From positions 60,098,001-60,160,000 of the forward strand of contig OX597826.1 in NCBI GenBank assembly GCA_951406725.2: 62,000 bases of DNA. The letters run 5' to 3'. This DNA comes from Octopus vulgaris. Lineage: Eukaryota. The position numbers and the translations under genes were made by a program. The notes beneath the pieces were generated by a model. The model saw nothing but the letters and a program-made list of their open reading frames with translations. It ran no database searches and had not been told where the DNA came from. This document shows positions 1-13,395 of the stretch, in pieces (within the stretch, counting starts at the first letter, position 1; the number at the start of each line of letters is the position of its first letter).

Positions 1-19
1 TCTATAATAATATGCGTAG

Positions 20-225
20 ATACATACATTGATACATACATACATGCCTACATACATACATACACACATACATACATACATACATACATACATACATACA
101 TACATACATACATACATACATACATACATGGATACATGCATACATACATGCATACATACATACACACATACATACATACATACATACATACATACATACA
201 TACATACATTCATACAAACATACAT
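20..225. repeat. (CATA)n microsatellite
   Basis: Direct tandem TACA/CATA units; source of the spurious HTYI/MYVC ORFs. Confidence 0.97.
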
Positions 226-966
226 ACACAAATATGCTTCTCAAAACGAGGAAGAATAAAGCTGATTCACAGACTAGAGATCCAAGCCAACATTGGAACT
301 GTAAAATCTGTAAAACACTCTAAAAATTTGTCATTTAAGTATATAGGAGCATCTCTAGATATGCAAGTGTATTCATGAGAAGACATATACAGAACAAGAC
401 ATACAAATTTGCACGTATATAAACACACATACAGAAATACCCTATTGCTGATGTTCAAATTCCAATGTAGGAACATTTCTCTATTAGCAAGACATCTGGA
501 AATAAAATTGAATAATGACACAGAACATACACAAACATACACACACGCATGCACACATACACATATTCACACACATATTGACACATTATACATAAAGAAA
601 AACACACACACATATATTTAGAGACAAAAACGCACCATACACTTACACGCACGCATATTCACACGCAAACACACAGGAACACATACACACGCATATGTAA
701 ACTCATATATTTACATGAAGCACGACAAATACAGACAAATATGAGGAAAATATACAATTTCTGAACTCGACAGATGTTTCAGGAAGTTCGTAGTTGCGTA
801 ACAATTACAATAGTTATAATATGCAAACAAGTCACGAGTATACGACCAGTAACCAGCCATACGGAGTTATTACAATCAGCCCAGCTTTCCTCATCAAGAG
901 AAGATTGGTGAATGCGCTTCACATTATAGTGGTAAAGATTTAAACTATTGGAACCGGTTATGGTGT

Positions 967-1273
967 GTTTTTTTTTGTTCCTTCTCGAGCCACACCTGAC
1001 TTATTAAGGCCGGTTTCCCGGTTTCCTTGGCGTATAGGTTCCCCACCTGGACTGGACGCCGGTCCGGCGTCGGTGAGCTGCAACAGGCAGGAGGAAAGAG
1101 TGAAAGAAAGTTGTGGTGAACGAGTCAGCAGAAGTTCGCCATTACTTTCTGCCTAAGCCGCGTGGTGCCAAGGTGTTTTCGCTCATAAACACACACATCG
1201 CCCGGTCAGATATTCGAACCCGCGATCTCTCGACCGAGAGTCCGCTGCTCTAACCACTAGGCCATGTGTCTCC
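967..1273 (-). mobile_element. tRNA(Arg)-like SINE, family B (OR-type octopus SINE-like)
   Basis: Minus strand starts GGAGACACATGGCCTAGTGGTTAGAGCAGCGGACTC with A box and B box (GGTTCGAATATC); homologous to 24186-24424 and 29897-30183. Confidence 0.85.
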
Positions 1274-1274
1274 T

Positions 1275-1443
1275 TTCGTGTGTTTACGTCCCTCTAATTT
1301 AGTGGTTGGGAAAAGTAATTGATAGAATAAACGCCAGAATAAAAAAATACAAAAACTATGGTCGATTTGCCCAACTAAACTCTTCGAAACTAGGCCTCAG
1401 CCTGACGGAAGCCCAATGAGAGTATCAAGTGAACAATAAAAGA
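1275..1443 (+). mobile_element. Diverged 3' half of SINE family A
   Basis: GTGTTTACGTCCC...GATAGAATAA...GGTCGATTTGCC aligns by eye with the family A tail. Confidence 0.55.
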
Positions 1444-1565
1444 TTAAATTCAGGTATCGATGTAAATATAGATGTATGATGACTATGAATAAACCGAAAC
1501 GTCGACGTCCTTATGAAACCTTGCCTACTAAACTTTAACACATGAAGCAAACATTATGTATGTCT

Positions 1566-1770
1566 AAGGTGGCGAACTGGCAGCAATATTAGGACGCCAG
1601 GCAAAATGCTCAGCGGCATTTCTTCTTTACTTTCTGGTTTCATATTCCACTGAAGCTGACTTTGCTTTCATCCTTTTGGGCTCCATAAATTAAGAGTCAC
1701 TTTATCACTGGTGTCGTTGTAATCGACTTAACTTTTCTCGAAGTACTGGCCTTGTGCCAAGTTTAAATCC
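1566..1770 (+). mobile_element. tRNA-derived SINE family C, diverged
   Basis: AAGGTGGCGAACTGGCAG head, GCTGACTTTGCTTTCATCC body, GTAATCGACTTA tail. Confidence 0.75.
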
Positions 1771-1793
1771 GATAAATATAATAATATATATAT

Positions 1794-1960
1794 AAGCCGG
1801 TGAGCTGCCAGAATCGATACCACACTGGACAAAAAATCTAAACGTCAATTTTGACTTTATACTGTGTGTTCAAATACCACCGGTGTCTTTCATCTTTTCA
1901 GCGTCGATTTAATCGACTTACCCTTTCTTTAAATTGCTGGCAGTTTGCTAAAATTTGGAA
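1794..1960 (+). mobile_element. SINE family C, diverged and internally deleted
   Basis: AAGCCGGTGAGCTGCCAGAATC head, GTTCAAAT B box, AATCGACTTA tail; tandem to previous copy. Confidence 0.65.
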
Positions 1961-2409
1961 ACAATATATACGTATATATATACATATATACAGAAACACA
2001 TATATGTACGCATATATATTTGTATGAATCTTAATATATCATGAATATATATATTGCGTAATAATCTTAAACCTCTATTGACGAAATGTTTCCAAATTAA
2101 ACCCTTCGTAATTTGAACTCTTCGTTTTTCAGCTGAAAGACTTACCATCATAATGTCACTTGGGTTCCCATGATAAATAGCAATATGTTCGTTATAATTG
2201 ATTAAGATGCGTTCGGTTCGTAAGTCACCAAGAGACTGTCTAGGTGATAATGCGACGAACCGATATTTTTTTCGAATAGAGATAACTTTTTCAATAACTG
2301 TTATTATCAAATTATAAAGGGATTAGTAATAGCTTCAGATTTCTGAAATATGCACTGATATACATATACATATATACATACATATGTGTCTGTGTATACA
2401 TATATATGT

Positions 2410-2415
2410 ATATAC

Positions 2416-2506
<91 letters not shown>

Positions 2507-2602
2507 ACTATATATACATACACATAAAGAGATGGCTATGTTCATACAAATATATACATATGTATATGTATATATATATATATATATATTTATATATGTG
2601 TA

Positions 2603-2640
<38 letters not shown>
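2410..2640. repeat. (TA)n microsatellite cluster
   Basis: Long pure and interrupted TA tracts. Confidence 0.97.
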
Positions 2641-2754
2641 TACACATATCCGTGTGTATGTGTGTGTCTGTTTGTATAAGTATATAAATTATGACATACA
2701 AATCTTCTCTTTTCCCTATTAGTATTTTATTATTCCCATTACTATAAATGTTAC

Positions 2755-2802
2755 TACTATCACAAGTATTATTATTATTATTACTATCATTATTATTATT
2801 AC

Positions 2803-2843
<41 letters not shown>

Positions 2844-2900
2844 CCCTTATTATCATTATTATTATTGTTATTATTATTTAGACTGCAACTATTGTTAGTA
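2755..2900. repeat. (ATT)n/(ATC)n compound microsatellite
   Basis: Tandem trinucleotides. Confidence 0.95.
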
Positions 2901-3226
2901 AGATTTATTGAGCATAATGATCCAACATTTCCGTTTATTGCGCTGTAACGTGTTCCCTGCAATCAAATATGACATATATATCGATAGCCAGTCACGCACC
3001 TACCTGCACACGCACAGAAAATACACGAAACTATAGATATATGAGTATATCATGTGCGAGAGATAGTGAGAACAACGACGACAGAGAGAGATTCAGGTGT
3101 ACATTTGATGTATGAACTTAAAGAAATGATTAGGCACGGCTTCTATTACCATACTGATAACAGACACACACACACACGCACATTTATATGTGTGTATGTA
3201 CGTGTATGAATGCCCACAGAGAAACA

Positions 3227-3289
<63 letters not shown>

Positions 3290-3877
3290 GTGTGTGTGTA
3301 TTTATAACCACACGCACAGTCTCATACCTCTTTCAAATAAATATATATATTTATGTAGACACACATATATAGGCACACATTCTCCTGTGTATGAGCCTAT
3401 GTGTGTGTGTATACATATAAGTGAGATTTCCTTATCTTCAGTCGATCATAATAAATCATTTATCGATAACACAACCCATAAAGTGGTCTAAAATTAATTG
3501 ATCATCATTATTACTCTACATACAATGTCCTCCATTTCCTCCCCACTTCTATCGACTGTCTCTACAGCTGTCTAACAAAGAGATCTACGGAAGCCATACT
3601 TCATGGTTTAACACAGTGTAATATATATTTTTATCGCCATTACGAAGATATCATTAGCAGGAGATATTATATAGAAGTAAACGAACGAATAGCCAATTAA
3701 CTAATTTTACCTCCTCTCCTTTACTCACCCTAATTTTCACTTCATTTTTTACTGATGTGAATCTTTTCCTATTTGTCTATCTCTTTTTCATTTTTAATGT
3801 TTTCATTCTAAAATGTTCTATCTAAAAAGACACACAAACATACAAGCATACATACATACGCATATACATACGCATAT

Positions 3878-3931
<54 letters not shown>

Positions 3932-6231
3932 CAATTACATTAAATAAAATTCATCTAATGCTTTCTAATATACGCTGGGTATCAATAAGGCCTACGAGAG
4001 ACCGTGTAATATGTCAAGTGTGTACGCTACATTTTCCTGTGTATGTATGTATGTATTTATTCATGCATGAACGATGCATGTATGTGAATATGTATGTACA
4101 TTTATATTCAAGTTCTAAATTGTCTCAGTCTTGTCTCTCAATATCTGGTGATGTAGACATGTCCTTCCCTTACAGAATTTAAGCCCCGTAAATCTAAGTC
4201 AATATCATATTAAGTACGTGAAAATCACACCAAATGAGTTGAGTGTGACTTTCTATCGTCTGTTCTATTCTCTTAATTCTCTATCTCTGGTAGAACACGA
4301 GCCTCAAAAGACATATAAGCGGTCGAAAATGGTGAGACACACACTTCTGTACTCGTTGAAATCTAGATTCTTCCAGGAATCTTTATTTGACATGTTATAT
4401 CGAGAAAATGGAATATATAATCAAATGCATGCGCTGGAATACCTATTTCGTGGCGAATCTGGGCTTTAGCATATCCGTAATTCGGATTCTTATCAAGAGA
4501 ATTTCGTGAATAAAGTTCCTTGAGAAAAGTGAATCCGATATGATGAACATCATCTTTGAAAATGAAAGATAATATTTCACTATCGTTCTAATCCTTTTCC
4601 AAAAACTCTAATCTGTAAAAGTAATCACTTCAAACTATCACATAATGCATAAATTATCTCTAACAATTCAAAGAACATATACGAAACACAGAGCATAAAT
4701 GAAGCACAACATGTCATCGGTGAAGCGGCTAACTAGCAGTACGTTTCTGTACATGGAGGCGCACCATTCGCAGAAGTCTGATTTAGTCGTACTGTCTATG
4801 TAAACAACTGAACTAATATAACTAAGAGCTTTCTATCCTTAAGTAAAATCCATTTCCCAGGAATACATACATATCTTAAACACTTTACTTCTCGTTAAGT
4901 CGAGTATAGCTACTCAATGTTCCAATTTTCCACTGTAAAATATGTATAAACACGCACCACCCATTTTCACTCTCCCATGCTTAAGTATGTGAAAACATTA
5001 TACCCATTGCTCATCGTGAGGAAATTATTCCTCCAATCCTGTGATGTATAGAGACACGCTCACACCATTGAGTGTTATCCAGTGACACTACACTTATTTA
5101 TGTATGTAGTATGTAAGTACGTATGTATGTATGTATGTATGTTGCATCGAGAAAAAAATAGCTTCTTTGGTTACTCAGTTATATCATGAGTGTTCATCAT
5201 TCAGTATAAATATTCCACATACTGAATGTCGCATATGAAGAGCTGTCGGCTTTTAATATATAAATCGGTGCAAGTTAAGTTAACAAATCTGTAACTTTAA
5301 CACACCATGATTTTGGAAAAGAAATTTCTTTCAAAAAAAAGTTGGCCGAACTATTAGCGAAACTGCACAAACTTCCTAAATATCTTATAAAATAAGAAGT
5401 AATCTCATAATCTGGAATGGTTAAAATCATATAGCTTAAGAACACGACTCATATAGTGTTTAGAAATGAAAATTATATAATAGATAAATGAGATCAGTTG
5501 AAAAGTGTGCTAAATAAGAAGAAAAAACTCATTAATTATTGTTCTTATTGATAAGCTAACTAATACAAGAAATGATGATTTCAATACAATGGAAGACAGG
5601 ACCGAAATATCTCCTTAACAATACTTTAATATTTCTTATATTGCCTGGAGCATCGCCTCGTCCATAAGATGATTAACGTCTAATAACTAATGAAATAGAT
5701 TCATCTTTTGTTTAGAAATGAAGATTTTGAAATTGAAATCCATTCTGAGACAATTCAAATAATCAGGAAGAGATGATATGAAAGATGATCGCAGATCGAA
5801 CCGATCAAGATGCTGTTTAAAAAGCAATACAAATGATGAGGTTAATAGAGGGGAAATATTTAATAATTGCTCTATCTTATAACAGACGTTCAGACATATA
5901 GATGACCTATATATGCTATATTTATAGTAATTCTTTGAAATATTCAGAAGACATTATCAGTTAATTATCAATTCTCACCTGGCTGTCTATTAAAATTGGT
6001 TTCTAATTTTCGCGTGATATTTTAGTAACGTTCCATTCAAATTGGTAGCACTTTCATAAATTATTTAACACAGAAAGAGAAAAAGGAGGGAGCAGAAGAA
6101 AGTCCAGGGAAGATAAATGTCTGTGTATGTATGTATATGTATATGTGTCTGTGGGTGTGTGTACATCACTTCAAACACTCTATAAATATATATATGTTAT
6201 ATGTTATATTATATATACATATATACATAAA

Positions 6232-6235
6232 TACA

Positions 6236-6304
<69 letters not shown>

Positions 6305-6349
6305 GTGTATCTATCTATCTATTTATTTATATATTCACTTATCTATTTG

Positions 6350-6400
<51 letters not shown>
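6232..6400. repeat. (ATCT)n plus (TA)n microsatellite
   Basis: Tandem units visible. Confidence 0.97.
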
Positions 6401-6403
<3 letters not shown>

Positions 6404-6559
6404 TCGATTAGACGTTGTGTTAACCTAGTGAAAGGATGGTTTCATACAAGGAGATGCTGGTTCAATACCTAGTATTTTAGGGGAATCAATTTCCTTAAAA
6501 TAATATATAAAACATATAGTTTATATTTATATACAAAAAGAAAAAGAAAATGGAGATTG

Positions 6560-6852
6560 AGAATTGTTGTATACTGTCAATCTAACATGAACGTGACAGT
6601 AGGGGGGGGTACACCACCGCTGTTTAGTCCTAGGAAACATCGACGCCTCCTGATGGCTTTGACACATTTTTCCTGTGTCCTTATATACATTTACGAAGGT
6701 GAGACAAACACCCGTAAATGTCAATGTATATAAGGACACAGGAAAAATGTGTCAAAGCCGTCAGGAGGCGTCGATGCTTCCTAGGGCTAAACAGCGGTGG
6801 TGTACCCCCATACTGTCACGTTCATGTTACATTGACAGTATACAACCATTCT
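6560..6852. repeat. ~290-bp fold-back palindrome (MITE-like)
   Basis: Arms of ~130 bp are reverse complements (GTTGTATACTGTCAAT... / ...ATTGACAGTATACAAC) with about 6 differences; inner loop AGACAAA. Confidence 0.92.
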
Positions 6853-7095
6853 ATCGCCCCACCACCGTACGTTTATTATCAACAGCAAATTAACCATCAT
6901 CCCTTACAGCTGTTTCATTTAAATTCAATTAATACTCAATAAATAAACATTAAAATAATATGGCCTGAGCATAATATTTTTAGAGGTAAAAATAACATAC
7001 CTTTGGATGTTTTATATGTATTTATGGATTCATTATAGTAGACTGTATGATTAAGCTAATGTTGATAAATTTGCTGTTAATATTAAACAGCAGGA

Positions 7096-7285
7096 GGCGC
7101 AGGAGTGGCTCATAGGCGCATGAGTGGCTGTGTGGTAAGTAGCTTGTTAACCAACCACATGGTTCCGGGTTCAGTCCCACTGCATGGCATCTTGGGCAAG
7201 TGTCTTCTGCTATAGCCCCGGGCCGACCAATACCTTGTGAGTGGATTTGGTAGACGGAAACTGAAAGAAATCTGTCATACATATG

Positions 7286-7320
<35 letters not shown>

Positions 7321-7509
7321 ATGTGTCTGTGTTTGTCCCCCTAGCATTGCTTGACAACCGATGCTGGTGTGTTTATGTCCCCGTCACTTAGCGGTTCGGG
7401 CTTACAAAGAATAAGTCCCGGGGTCGATTTGCTCGACTAAAGGCGGTGCTCCAGCATGGCCGCAGTCAAATGACTGAAACAAGTAAAAGAGTAAAATAGT
7501 AAAAGAGTA
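7096..7509 (+). mobile_element. tRNA-derived SINE family A (CORE-like segment, internal microsatellite)
   Basis: Duplicated head GGCGCAGGAGTGGCT, B box GGTTCAGTCCC, CTTGGGCAAG core, internal (TA)n(TG)n, tail GACTGAAACAAGTAAAAGAGT; ~30-bp internal deletion. Confidence 0.93.
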
Positions 7510-9742
7510 ACCCTTCTATCCATGGATCTGTTTAGGTAGTTGTTGCTAGTGAGCTGTTTACTAGGCTCGAATGAAAATCTCACTTCAACCTATTTTAGTC
7601 GCCTTTTCCCACACACAGAGGACACGTTATAGAGGGAACGTTGGGTCCATTCTTTGGCATGCCGGTCTACCAAAAAACACAAATGAAACAATATTAAATT
7701 AAAATCGCCAACAGTTTATTATACAAGATATGTATACATTACCCAATCTCCATTTTCTTCTTCTTTTATATATATATACACACAGTGGAGTGGTAGTGTT
7801 ATCTTGAAGCATTGTCTCATATATATATAAGCACTCTTAATTATATTTCTTACTGTAGCTTCAATGAAAACATAGATGTCTTCGGTGTGGCATTTCTGTA
7901 GTTTTTTTTTTTTTTCTGCCGGAGGATCCTTAGCATAGAAGCTTTCTTTAGTGAATATCTGTTATTATCTAATAGCACTTCCGATGTAGAATTCGTGTCA
8001 TTTGTTACAAGTGATTTTAGATACACACTTCGATCATTGATATATATCTGCAATTTTCATCGGGCAGTTGGGCAGTGTACACATGGCGTTTCTGTTGTCT
8101 TGTTTTGTTTTTAGATAGGATTCTCTACAGAGAAAATCCCGTGTTTTCCAGTCGTACTTTCAATCTCTCTCAATGAAAAGCACGGCCGATTGCAGCAGTG
8201 GACTTTTTTCATTAACATGCGGCATTTTAATGATAAGTGTTACCCGTTGACTTATGAATTCTCTTACTCTGTCTGATGATGCCCTGGCATTTAGTGATAG
8301 AATATGAGTAGCTCCTCAGGATCTTCATAAATTTTTAGGTTGCCTGTATTTTTGCTTCCTGCCTCACAATATTTACAGTGTATCCTACAAATCTACTTTC
8401 TAAAGCAGCCAATATTCGCTTTGGTGTGATGTTACGTAAAAAATGTAATTATATATATACATATATCAACATCATCATTAAGTGTCTTAAATCCGTGTTT
8501 TGACCCCGTTAACGGGAGTGGCTGGATCTACCTCAATTGCCATAGCAACCGATGTAGGCAGGCACATCCTCTCTCCACCTTTGGGATGTCTGGTTCCCAT
8601 TCTCTTTTACTATCATGAGGCTTTTTAGAGCTGGATTTTCTATGGGGAACATCCTTTTGCTTACACCCAACCTCAGTTTCTAGACATGAGCGATCCCGAG
8701 ACCAAGGTTCTACCACGATCTTTACTCCCCGTAAACCTTTTCGGAGACTGCCCCTATATTATATATTTATATGTAAGGTATATGTTAGAGGTGTTAAGCC
8801 CTCTAAGGGATAGAAATATCCCTAATTTACGGCTTCCTCTGCGAAGATACGAACTACCCACAACCTATGTTAGTGACATATAGGTCCTATTAACCACGCC
8901 GGATATCTCTAATTAGGGATAACTCCCTCAGATTACACCGGTGGTCAACTAGCTGATCAAGCAGACACGTGGAAGTCATTGATGTGAAACAGGCAGGTTT
9001 TTGTATTTTGGCGTGACGTCAGCATGCACAATATCATTTGGGAAATACTGTTTGAATAATTTTTGCGGCGCTGTAGTAATTAAAATTAGGATTTTTTGAA
9101 ACGATCTCACGAATCAGAGCCTATCTTGTGGTCTGTTTTTGTGATTTATCTCTGGAGTGCTTCAATTCATATAAGTTATTTCGTGTAATGAGCCCAAGCT
9201 GAAGTAGAGAATAGAAGGATAATGCCAGGAGCGTTTCAAGACCGAAAACCTATAAGGATCCTGGAACTCGCCATACGTACAAGGCCAACATTTCTGAAAT
9301 TGTCAACGATATTATGGTGAGACATAGTTAATTAATTCCTGCGTTACTTATTCATCTTGATTAAAGTGCTCTCATTAATTATTTCAGAACTAATAAATTA
9401 TTAGCTTTAATTAAGGGGACTCTAGCTTATTATAATTCATGACATATAATGCAACGATTTGCGTCTAACTTCTATAACTATCTCTGTACTCCTCCAAACA
9501 CTCACGATACGTAGTCACAACAATATTAGTGATGATAACTATTAGAATAAGAAACGAGACAGAACTTAATGTAGCGATAACAATAACAGTTTAGCAAAAG
9601 GCAAGCAAGAAATTTCAGTTGAGTGTTTTAGTTTATTATTTCGTCTCCAGTGTTCAACTGATACTTATTTTATCCATTTTATGAAAGGATGAAAGGCAAA
9701 CAATGTAATCACATATTTACGAAAAAACTAAAATGATATATA

Positions 9743-9897
9743 GGCGCAGTAGTGGCTCAGTGGTAAGCTTGCTTCCTAAGGGAATACTTCCGGAGCCAAT
9801 CCCATTGCGTAGCACTTTGGGCAAGTGTTCCTACTATAAACTCAGGCCGACCAAATCCTTGTGAATTGATTTGGTAGACGGAAAGTGAAAGACGCCG

Positions 9898-9972
<75 letters not shown>

Positions 9973-10290
9973 GAAAATAGAGATAAATTAGAGATAGAGA
10001 TAAATTAATAATTATTCATTGATTACAAAATTTGATACCACATATATATGTATATACGTGTGTGTGTGAGAGAGAGAGAGTGTTTGTGTCCGTGTATGTC
10101 GCCCCAACTGATGTTGGTGTGTTTACGACAACCGATGTCGGTGTGTTTACGTCACCGTAACTTACCAGTTCGGCAAAAGCGCCGTAGAATAAGTATTAGG
10201 CTTATAAAGAATAAGTCCTGGGGCCAATTTGATGAACTAAAGTTAGTGTTCCAGGATGGCCGCAGTCATTTGACTGAAAGAAGTAAAAAT
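9743..10290 (+). mobile_element. SINE family A with expanded internal (TA)n
   Basis: GGCGCAGTAGTGGCTCAGTGGTAAG head, CTTTGGGCAAG core, CCAGGATGGCCGCAGTC tail. Confidence 0.88.
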
Positions 10291-10329
10291 TATAAGAATG
10301 ATAATGATGATAATAATATTAACAATGAT

Positions 10330-11380
10330 AGCGGTTACAATAAGTCACGATTAAAAGAAATAGCAAATGAAATAACAAAGATAGTTAAACTCACGCATTC
10401 TTTCAACAAGCACAATACAACATGTGACAGAATTTCTTTAGTAGTTAACGGGTACCGAAATTTCGCTGGCATTTCAAAAGTGTTGTATGAAAGTTACCAG
10501 CATGTGGCGGAAAAATATTCTCCTTTCAAACAGATATTTTCACAGCCGCCTATTGTATCCTTTAGACGGAATAAGAATATAAGAGAATTATTGACCACTT
10601 TTTCGAACTCCAAGAAAACAAACGTTGGAGTACCTGCACGCTTCACCGTGAAAAACAGTCTCAAGATATGTAAGTTCATTGAGCAATAACATGAGTGAAG
10701 TGAATTCCATCAGGTATCATATCAGAAATATTCTGATTTATACAGATGGTGGAAACATGTAGAGATTCCCATTTGATGTACGCAGCAGAATGCACCAAAA
10801 ACAACATGATTTATGTTGATTGTACAACAGAACAATTAAACAAAAAAATTAGTGGGCACAGATATGACGTCAGGCATAATAACAGTAGTTTGACATAACT
10901 TGCTGAATACTTTGCTTCAAGCGGCTGCAATTTTGAAAAAAACTTGAAAGTGTATATTCTCAGAAAATATTCCGAATCTGTTTCACTTTCACTTCTCAAA
11001 ATGCATGAGGAGAAATATATTTACGACTTATTAACATCATGCCTTGAAGGACCGAATAAAATAACAGGAAAATATAATCGAATTTACACAAAACTGTTTT
11101 ATTAAATATTCTTTTTCATTTTCCTTTCCTTTTTTCTTTACTCTTCTTTTTTTTGCCTTTTTGTTTCCGTCTGTTATAAAATTGAAACTTAAAGACGGAT
11201 GGTGTCATTCCATCAACGTGAGGACGCTGCTTGCTCTCATTCACAGTTTAGATTTGAATTTCTATAATTTTGAATTTTTTTCACTTTTTATTTTGAACTC
11301 GACAAAGACAGGCTTGCTGTTGAAATATCGTTCAACCAATAAAATATCTATTGCAATCGCATCGCACGCTTCGTCTTGTC
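10330..11380 (+). mobile_element. Penelope-like element 3' fragment (RT-thumb/linker, GIY-YIG endonuclease, pLTR-like end), decayed
   Basis: Translates to RISLVVNGY...FKQIFSQPPIVSFRRNKNIRELL (PLE linker motif), CKICKF, then after a frameshift LMYAAECTKNNMIYVDCTTEQLNKKISGHRYD...HEEKYIYDL...EGPN (GIY-YIG) with one in-frame stop; ORF stop at 11103-11105; AATAAA at 11338. Confidence 0.9.
11293..11335 (+). ncRNA. Hammerhead ribozyme motif (type I, U3-A8/U4C variant) in PLE terminal repeat
   Basis: TTGAAC TCGACAA A GACAG-GCTTG-CTGTT GAA ATAT C GTTCAA: 6-bp stem I, 5-bp stem II, palindromic stem III, AUC site. Confidence 0.7.
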
Positions 11381-11389
11381 TGTTATTTC

Positions 11390-11473
<84 letters not shown>

Positions 11474-11508
11474 CATTATTATTAATATCATTATTATTAT
11501 TATTATTA

Positions 11509-11595
<87 letters not shown>
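11390..11595. repeat. (ATT)n microsatellite
   Basis: ~200 bp tandem ATT abutting the PLE 3' end. Confidence 0.97.
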
Positions 11596-11602
<7 letters not shown>

Positions 11603-12394
11603 CTGTACCATTCACAACATTGCCAGTATGATTGTTATTACTATCACCAATATCATTATTTTCCCTGTTATAATTCGTAAATTGATTGGTTGTTATAAAG
11701 CTTTTATTAATACTAAGATCGCCTTAATATTAGGCTAGCATAGCTAATTTCACTATCTAATTCACGGTTTCTATTAACTTGAGATTTTCCCTTATTGCTA
11801 ACCGATCTTTCTGTTATCCATAAAGCTCTTTTTACTATTCCAATTAGAATATCCCTCATTATTTTTACTTTATTATTATGGTGATCGCTATTATTCTTTA
11901 TCCCTTTCAATCACTTTTGCATCTTTATCGCTATTTTTAATCTCACCATTACGAACATAATGAATTTTCTCCTCATAAGCTTCTTCAGCTAAAGCTAAAT
12001 TACAGTATTTCTTGTTTCGCTTAAATATTCTTTCATTTACTTAAAGTTTACGGATTCTAAGGAGGGACCTTCTAGGCATAAAATTTATATGTAATTTTCG
12101 AAGAGTGGATATTCGTCTCACATTTATGGGGCTCCCATTTCATTTGTGGTACGCAGTATCAAACCACAGACTAACGTACAAAGTAACATTCAGAAAGTTT
12201 ACTTTATTATACTCATTCTCCATGGAGATGAATAGACATGAGCTCTTACAAAACATTTTTCTTATATGTTTCTAAGATGAGCTTATTATAACTATTATAA
12301 CTATGAATAGTTAACAAAGCCTCGTCCCTACATAACCTCCCATGCAAATGCAGGAAATTCCCTATTTAAACATTGTCATATATATATGTATATA

Positions 12395-12455
<61 letters not shown>

Positions 12456-12787
12456 CAATGTTTCGTAACTTAAAAACATGTATATAATTTACAGTATTCT
12501 ATTTAATGTTAAATAAAACAATTCAATGTCTGAGTTAATGCAAAATGCAAAACAATGTTTCAAAATAATATAGAAATTGAGCTACGTCCTCAGCTGAAAG
12601 AAAGTCTTTCGAATTGCTTAGTAATATATCACCAAACTAAATCGATGTCATTTATGACTTTATACACACCATATCGATTTCTCATATAATTTACTATATA
12701 TTCCATATATTTTGTAGAAGGATGCATTAAGGAATTTATTTATGAGTACTACTGAATTACCTGAATCCATGTAATGTGATGTAAATA

Positions 12788-12841
<54 letters not shown>

Positions 12842-12856
12842 ACACACAGACACACA

Positions 12857-12888
<32 letters not shown>

Positions 12889-12958
12889 TAACATGGGATC
12901 ATTATAAACGGCAGATTTTAGCCATTTCTCCGCAGATTGAAAAAAATCTGATGAACAA

Positions 12959-12999
12959 CCTTAATCGATTTTCGAACATTATTGAGTTCTCATCAGAGA
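12959..12999 (-). ncRNA. Hammerhead ribozyme, minimal type I, canonical core
   Basis: Minus strand TCT CTGATGA GAAC-TCAATAAT-GTTC GAA AATCGATT A AGG: intact CUGAUGA and GAAA, 4-bp stem II, 8-nt palindromic stem III, UUA site. Confidence 0.82.
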
Positions 13000-13175
13000 C
13001 GTCTACATTATTCTGACAGTTTCCAGAGACACAAACAGTCAATCTCTTTCTATACTCAACATATGCAGCAGTTACTCAGTTACTCTATGGAGGAGTAACT
13101 AACTTGATACTGATCTTAGTCCATACAGTATCAAGGTACATAAATATGTAACACACACACACACACACATATATA

Positions 13176-13239
<64 letters not shown>

Positions 13240-13363
13240 CATATACATGTACGCTACTAAGGTAGTTGTTTGTGAAGTTTTGCCGGACCACTATAGTGAT
13301 TTTAAAGTTGGTCTGCAATATCTGTATAATTATTTCCTCTCAATTTTTCTTCTCCTTTCTGCA

Positions 13364-13395
<32 letters not shown>

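Noticed and set aside
1470-1512. ATGATGA...CCGAAACGTCG hammerhead-like motif on plus strand
   Set aside because: Stems I and II do not pair and C3 is lost; not counted.
7590-7666. Minus-strand acceptor then RHAKEWTQR, reminiscent of the E2 ubiquitin-conjugating enzyme C-terminus
   Set aside because: Only a few residues similar; no other E2 exon seen.
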